From IMG/VR virus record IMGVR_UViG_3300029983_000007, positions 124,001 to 188,000 of that record: 64,000 nucleotides of DNA. One strand, written 5' to 3'. The notes under the pieces were generated by a model. It had not been told where the DNA came from. It ran no database searches and worked only from the letters and a program-made list of their open reading frames with translations. Position 1 is the stretch's first letter. Every line of letters begins with the position of its first letter. Below are positions 59,953 to 64,000 of the stretch, in pieces. The position numbers were made by a program, and so were the translations under genes.

Positions 59953-60255
59953 ATGAAAAAGATTAATAAAAATAAGTTCAAGACTTTATATTATACTGGA
60001 TTGGGTATGTATTCTGCTGTAGCATTTTGTGTTATTATTGTTGTTGTATCTGTTATTACATTTGCTTATAACAAAATTGAAGATAAGCATAAAGCTGAAA
60101 TTGATGCTGCTTCTTATAAAACAGAAATTCCATTAGTTAAGAAGATTATTTATGATACTATTCCAGTGTATGATACAATAAGACCTGTACCTCACTACAG
60201 AACAAAGACTTTTTCTCCTATTATTACAAATAAAGAATTGAAAGATAGCTTATAA
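59953..60255 (+). CDS. Single-pass membrane protein
   Basis: One TM helix; YDTI repeats. Confidence 0.65.
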   Translation: MKKINKNKFKTLYYTGLGMYSAVAFCVIIVVVSVITFAYNKIEDKHKAEIDAASYKTEIPLVKKIIYDTIPVYDTIRPVPHYRTKTFSPIITNKELKDSL

Positions 60256-60273
60256 TTTTTAAATCTAAATTAC

Positions 60274-60474
60274 ATGAAAAAGATAACATTTAATAGAGTG
60301 ATTATAACGTTAGTTTGCATTACTTATTTAATTACTGCTATATTATTTATTTTAGCATTTCCTTTATCAGGTAAAGACAATCAAGTGTATCTAGATTATA
60401 CTGTAATATTTGGTATGATTGTACCTGTAATTTTAGCAGCAATTTTTTTAATTTGTACAATTTGGACAGATTAA
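60274..60474 (+). CDS. Small two-helix membrane protein
   Basis: Two hydrophobic segments. Confidence 0.65.
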   Translation: MKKITFNRVIITLVCITYLITAILFILAFPLSGKDNQVYLDYTVIFGMIVPVILAAIFLICTIWTD

Positions 60475-60502
60475 TAATGTAACATTATTTGATAATTTTA
60501 TT

Positions 60503-60531
60503 AAAAAAGTCAGGCTTAGACCTGACTTTTT
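60503..60531. terminator. Bidirectional terminator
   Basis: aaaaaagtcagg-cttaga-cctgactttttt; a degenerate inverted copy follows at about 60536-60563. Confidence 0.8.
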
Positions 60532-60547
60532 TAATTTTTTGTCAGGA

Positions 60548-60757
60548 CTAAGCTTGACTTTTTATTATGTTATCTAACTTTTTCTTTCTTTCAATTCGTA
60601 AATCATACTTATCAAAATCTTTTGTGTATTTATCAATATTACACCAATTGTCGTTTTCGTATATGTATAATGAATAATTGTTTTTATTATAATATAAATC
60701 TCCTTCAATTGGATTATCGGAAAGTTCTGATATTTTATCGTAATTGAATATAGGCAT
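60548..60757 (-). CDS. Small protein, RxxKL tag class
   Basis: NPIEGDLYYN...YIY...W; ends ERKKKLDNIIKSQA. Confidence 0.65.
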   Translation of the reverse strand: MPIFNYDKISELSDNPIEGDLYYNKNNYSLYIYENDNWCNIDKYTKDFDKYDLRIERKKKLDNIIKSQA

Positions 60758-61043
60758 TTTCTATCTCTTTTAACTTTATTAGTTTTGATATTCTATCAAA
60801 TCTATTTATGTTTATTTTTAAATCCTCATGAGTATACATAGTTCTTATGTAAACATCAACAATTGGATATTCACAATTGACTCTATAATTCAATATTTTT
60901 GAACTGTTAATATATTCATTTGTTAAATATTTTGAAATGTCATACATTAATTGAGCATCTTTAAATTTTGGATTTAACACTAAATTGTTAACTAAATTAT
61001 TTAGATTTTCTGTTATCTCATCGTACATTTTTTTATCTTCCAT
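60735..61043 (-). CDS. Small protein, RxxKL tag class
   Basis: DRISKLIKLKEIE near the C-terminus. Confidence 0.65.
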   Translation of the reverse strand: MEDKKMYDEITENLNNLVNNLVLNPKFKDAQLMYDISKYLTNEYINSSKILNYRVNCEYPIVDVYIRTMYTHEDLKININRFDRISKLIKLKEIENAYIQLR

Positions 61044-61569
61044 TTAATGATATTAATTTTAATCTTCTTTTTTCTGTTTTAATTCTTTCTGGTAGATTTA
61101 TTATAGTTTTTTCATAATCAACTCCTTCTTTTCTTCTATTAAATTTTCCAGTTATCATATCTATACCTGATTTTTTATTTATTAATTCATTATAGAAAAA
61201 AATTTCATTGTTTTTGAAATTTTCTATTTTGCTACAACCTTTGATTGGATTTGATATATTGTCAAATACTAATTTACCATCTATGTAAAATTTGTATATA
61301 GTTGTGTTGTTTATGTAACAATCATGTGCAACATTATATCTAGTGTGAGCTGGACCATAAAGATTGTGTAGCTTACCATGTTTTAAATGGTACTCATAAC
61401 CATCAAATAATATATGAGTAATATCCTTCAAATTGAACTCTATGTACTCATATAAGTCATAAAATGACTTAAAATCTTTTTTATATAATCTACCTGTGAC
61501 GGCATCTATAGATAAAAAAGATTCAAAGTCAATCTTACATTCAACATCTAAAAATTTATACATTATCAT
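61033..61569 (-). CDS. Hypothetical protein with LHxxxGPA motif, RxxKL tag class
   Basis: HGKLHNLYGPA; ends KRRLKLISLNGR. Confidence 0.65.
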   Translation of the reverse strand: MIMYKFLDVECKIDFESFLSIDAVTGRLYKKDFKSFYDLYEYIEFNLKDITHILFDGYEYHLKHGKLHNLYGPAHTRYNVAHDCYINNTTIYKFYIDGKLVFDNISNPIKGCSKIENFKNNEIFFYNELINKKSGIDMITGKFNRRKEGVDYEKTIINLPERIKTEKRRLKLISLNGR

Positions 61570-61816
61570 GTGATAACAATTTATTTAATTTTTGTTTTCT
61601 GATTTCTTTTTCAGTGTAGAAATAATCAGGAAAATTCCAACGAACATTTGAACGTCCTTTTTCTTTAGAGAAAACTTCAAATCCTGCATCATCTGACATC
61701 ATAACATGATATTCTACTATTTTAGATATCTCATAATAATGATCTTTGTATATACATGAATCTGATGTTGTTAATGATTTTTTACAAAGATACTTTTTAT
61801 TGAGCAGGTATTTCAT
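61556..61816 (-). CDS. Small beta-rich family member, RxxKL tag class
   Basis: YLCKK...Y.I...YFYTEKEIRKQKLNKL. Confidence 0.7.
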   Translation of the reverse strand: MKYLLNKKYLCKKSLTTSDSCIYKDHYYEISKIVEYHVMMSDDAGFEVFSKEKGRSNVRWNFPDYFYTEKEIRKQKLNKLLSHDNV

Positions 61817-62063
61817 AATTTAATTTATTTAATTTATCTTTTCTTTCATCTTTTATTGTTCCAAAGTATTCATAAAAATAATCATAATGCATATTATTCT
61901 CTAATGAGAATACTATATTACCAATATCATTAGTCATTATTACTTCACCATGATGCTGATATATAACTCTGTATTTTTTGCCTTTTTCAAAATAGGTTCT
62001 ATTATTCATTATAGATATTATTGGTTTTTTACAATAATATAAATCATCAATCTTTGGATTCAT
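61797..62063 (-). CDS. Small beta-rich family member, RxxKL tag class
   Basis: YYCKK...FEKGKKY...YFGTIKDERKDKLNKL. Confidence 0.7.
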   Translation of the reverse strand: MNPKIDDLYYCKKPIISIMNNRTYFEKGKKYRVIYQHHGEVIMTNDIGNIVFSLENNMHYDYFYEYFGTIKDERKDKLNKLNYEIPAQ

Positions 62064-62346
62064 TATCTAAATCACTTTTTAAATAATTAGCTAATCTTTG
62101 AATTTTATATGCATCATCAGGATTAAAAATAAATTCATCAAATGCTCCATATTTGCACCTATATCCAAATATATATTTAACTCCGTGTTTTAATCTACTC
62201 CAAAATGAACCTCTATTTAAAAGTACATGAGCATAGCACATTGGATAACTTTTACCAGTTTCATTTGTATCTTCATCATATAAGAACACAATTTGATGAT
62301 CTGTTGAATGACAACTACAAATTAATATATCTTCTTTCTTTTTCAT
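62047..62346 (-). CDS. Hypothetical protein (CxCxxxxH)
   Basis: LICSCHSTDHQ; FWSRLK..VKYIFGY. Confidence 0.7.
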   Translation of the reverse strand: MKKKEDILICSCHSTDHQIVFLYDEDTNETGKSYPMCYAHVLLNRGSFWSRLKHGVKYIFGYRCKYGAFDEFIFNPDDAYKIQRLANYLKSDLDNESKD

Positions 62347-62513
62347 AATTTAATATTTTTTTTTAATAATTCTTCTAACTCGTTTATAGTATTTTCACAT
62401 AATATAGTTTGTTCTCTTACTCTAAATCCTCTTGTCCACGAGTATTTTTTGTCTGTTAAATGTAATTGTTCTTTTCTTAATTCAATTAATCTATTTTCAA
62501 TCAATTCTTCCAT
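62343..62513 (-). CDS. 56-aa hypothetical protein (not in ORF track)
   Basis: MEELIENRLIELRKEQL...; fills the gap and is ATGA-coupled to the next gene. Confidence 0.55.
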   Translation of the reverse strand: MEELIENRLIELRKEQLHLTDKKYSWTRGFRVREQTILCENTINELEELLKKNIKL

Positions 62514-62811
62514 TATTTAATTTTTCTAATTTTCTTTTTCTATATCCTTGATGATCACTAAAATATTCAGAAAATAGATTGTTTTTTCTATCTGTTTCAA
62601 GCCAAAATGCATACTTATCATCATCAGTATAATTTATTGATATTATAACTTCATCTGATTTGCTATCATTGTACATAGTTTTAGTAGCAGATTTTGTGTG
62701 ATTAACAGTGTATATGTTATTTTCTTTGAATATTAATTTTTCATCAGATTTTCTATATACATCTTTTGTACAATAAACTTTATCTCCTGCGTTTAGTATT
62801 TTTACTGACAT
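62497..62811 (-). CDS. Small beta-rich family member, RxxKL tag class
   Basis: GDKVYC...EYF...YRKRKLEKL. Confidence 0.7.
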   Translation of the reverse strand: MSVKILNAGDKVYCTKDVYRKSDEKLIFKENNIYTVNHTKSATKTMYNDSKSDEVIISINYTDDDKYAFWLETDRKNNLFSEYFSDHQGYRKRKLEKLNNGRID

Positions 62812-63077
62812 TCTATAAATAATTTTTCTAATTTCATTTTTCTATATTCTTTTATGCTCATAAAATATTCATAATAATTCCATCCATATGCATTTTTTAG
62901 ATTAAGAGTATAAAAAAACCCATTACTTTCAATTGAAACTAAACTTTCTATACCTTTCTGCTTATACACAAAATGAACAATGTATACATTGTTCATTTTC
63001 ATGACTAATGTATTATCAAAATCATAAAAATCATTTATGCAATAAACTTTATCTCCTTGCTTTGGTATTAACTTCAT
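62802..63077 (-). CDS. Small beta-rich family member, RxxKL tag class
   Basis: GDKVYC...EYF...YRKMKLEKL. Confidence 0.7.
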   Translation of the reverse strand: MKLIPKQGDKVYCINDFYDFDNTLVMKMNNVYIVHFVYKQKGIESLVSIESNGFFYTLNLKNAYGWNYYEYFMSIKEYRKMKLEKLFIECQ

Positions 63078-63400
63078 TGTTTCAATATATTTAATAATTT
63101 TCTTTTTCTTTTTTTACTAATCCATTTATTTCTATTAAAATCAAATACATTTTTTATAATATTGTCACTTGGATTATTTGTGACAGTTTTGCATTCTTTT
63201 AAATCAATCCAACAATGTGATATTCCATCTTCTGAAACATAACCATAAAAACCAGGTAGATAACAACGAGTATCATGATCTGGTATATCATATTCAGTAA
63301 TCAATTTAAATTCTTGAACCTTACCAATAGGTTCAACTGTTGAATTGAATGTAAAGTGAATAATATTACAATCTTTTATCCATTCTTCTATTTCTGTCAT
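63074..63400 (-). CDS. Small protein, RxxKL tag class
   Basis: Ends KKRKRKLLNILKQ. Confidence 0.7.
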   Translation of the reverse strand: MTEIEEWIKDCNIIHFTFNSTVEPIGKVQEFKLITEYDIPDHDTRCYLPGFYGYVSEDGISHCWIDLKECKTVTNNPSDNIIKNVFDFNRNKWISKKRKRKLLNILKQ

Positions 63401-63432
63401 ACTATATAAAGTTAATTAAAAATAATGAGATT

Positions 63433-63609
63433 TTACTCATTATTATCATTTTTTTTGTTATCTTTGTTTATTAAGTATGTAATATATTCTGATTTTGATA
63501 AATTATTTTCAATTAAATAAGTTTCTAATTTTTCATTTAACTCTTTGTCAATAGTAATACTCATCGTTGTTTTTTTATTTTCCTTTTTTGGTCTACCTAC
63601 GTCTGACAT
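63433..63609 (-). CDS. 58-aa ribbon-helix-helix protein with GRP hook (not in ORF track)
   Basis: MSDVGRPKKENKKTTMSITIDKELNEKLETYLIENNLSKSEYITYLINKD...; homolog of 55175-55345. Confidence 0.75.
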   Translation of the reverse strand: MSDVGRPKKENKKTTMSITIDKELNEKLETYLIENNLSKSEYITYLINKDNKKNDNNE

Positions 63610-63622
63610 ATTGTTTTTTATT

Positions 63623-63667
63623 TTTATAGTAAAATAGAAAAAAATGGTTTATTTTTATTTATATATA
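63623..63667. promoter_or_regulatory. Divergent promoter region of the second RHH cassette
   Basis: Minus strand AAAC-N18-TATAAA at 63623-63650; plus strand TTTATATATA at 63658-63667. Confidence 0.6.
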
Positions 63668-63688
63668 ACAATAAAATAACAATTTAAT

Positions 63689-63853
63689 ATGAAGAAAATT
63701 AAAACTAAAGTAGCAATATCAATCGCAATAGATAAAGGAATGAATGAATATCTATCAGAAAACTTTGAAAATAAGTCAAAATATATTGAGCATTTGATAT
63801 ATAAAGATTTAGTTGAAAATAATATAATAGAAGAAAATAAATATAAAATGTAA
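63689..63853 (+). CDS. 54-aa ribbon-helix-helix protein (not in ORF track)
   Basis: MKKIKTKVAISIAIDKGMNEYLSENFENKSKYIEHLIYKDL...; homolog of 55445-55606. Confidence 0.75.
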   Translation: MKKIKTKVAISIAIDKGMNEYLSENFENKSKYIEHLIYKDLVENNIIEENKYKM

Positions 63854-64000
63854 TGGGTAAAAAATCAAAAAATGATGTTTTTATTAAAAAGGCAATAGAG
63901 GTACATGGTAATAAATATGACTATAGTTTAGTAGAATATAAACATAATCAAACAAATGTTGAAATTGTGTGTAATGATTGCGGATATAAGTTTCTAAGGA
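63853..64000 (+). CDS. DUF723-like repeat endonuclease, 5' part (runs off the window)
   Basis: TAATG-coupled start; FIKKAIEVHGNKYDYSLVEY...VEIVCNDCG. Confidence 0.65.
   Translation, partial: MGKKSKNDVFIKKAIEVHGNKYDYSLVEYKHNQTNVEIVCNDCGYKFLR

Noticed and set aside
1-64000. Stop-codon reassignment as seen in some large phages
   Set aside because: Long genes are intact in the standard code, and TAA, TAG and TGA all end genes at sensible positions. The lone suspicious TGA (21982) sits where Arg, not Trp, is expected.
1-64000. CRISPR array, tRNA or rRNA genes
   Set aside because: No repeat-spacer periodicity or cloverleaf-like GC-rich segment was seen. The gene-junction repeats are coding and separated by whole ORFs.

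Overview
Very AT-rich, gene-dense segment of a large T4-like (jumbo-type) tailed phage read with the standard genetic code. The host is most likely a Bacteroidota species: TTTG-N20-TAnnTTTG promoters, an OmpA protein, a PID-CTERM-like protein and a Fib_succ_major domain all point there. The window holds a fibre/neck structural module, NadE, UvsW/UvsY, ThyA, a Dam-family methylase, two glycosyltransferase genes, six free-standing homing-endonuclease-like genes and many short tandem ORFs. Main observations: (1) a candidate phage protein O-glycosylation system, made of a GT4/TibC-Aah-like heptosyltransferase fusion plus a [ST]-G-x-T motif enriched in virion proteins; (2) two mutually exclusive terminal tags on unrelated small proteins, MKYxKxFE...K[FY]N[IL] on late genes and R-x-x-K-[LI]-x-x-[LI] on early/middle genes; (3) a single-chain-type topoisomerase II fractured in its TOPRIM motif by a natural split intein; (4) a recurring cassette of two divergent ribbon-helix-helix genes plus an endonuclease, which also supplies the promoter for the topoisomerase C-half; (5) three promoter classes, including AAAC-N18-TATAWW. 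All family assignments are by-eye motif recognition; no searches were run.
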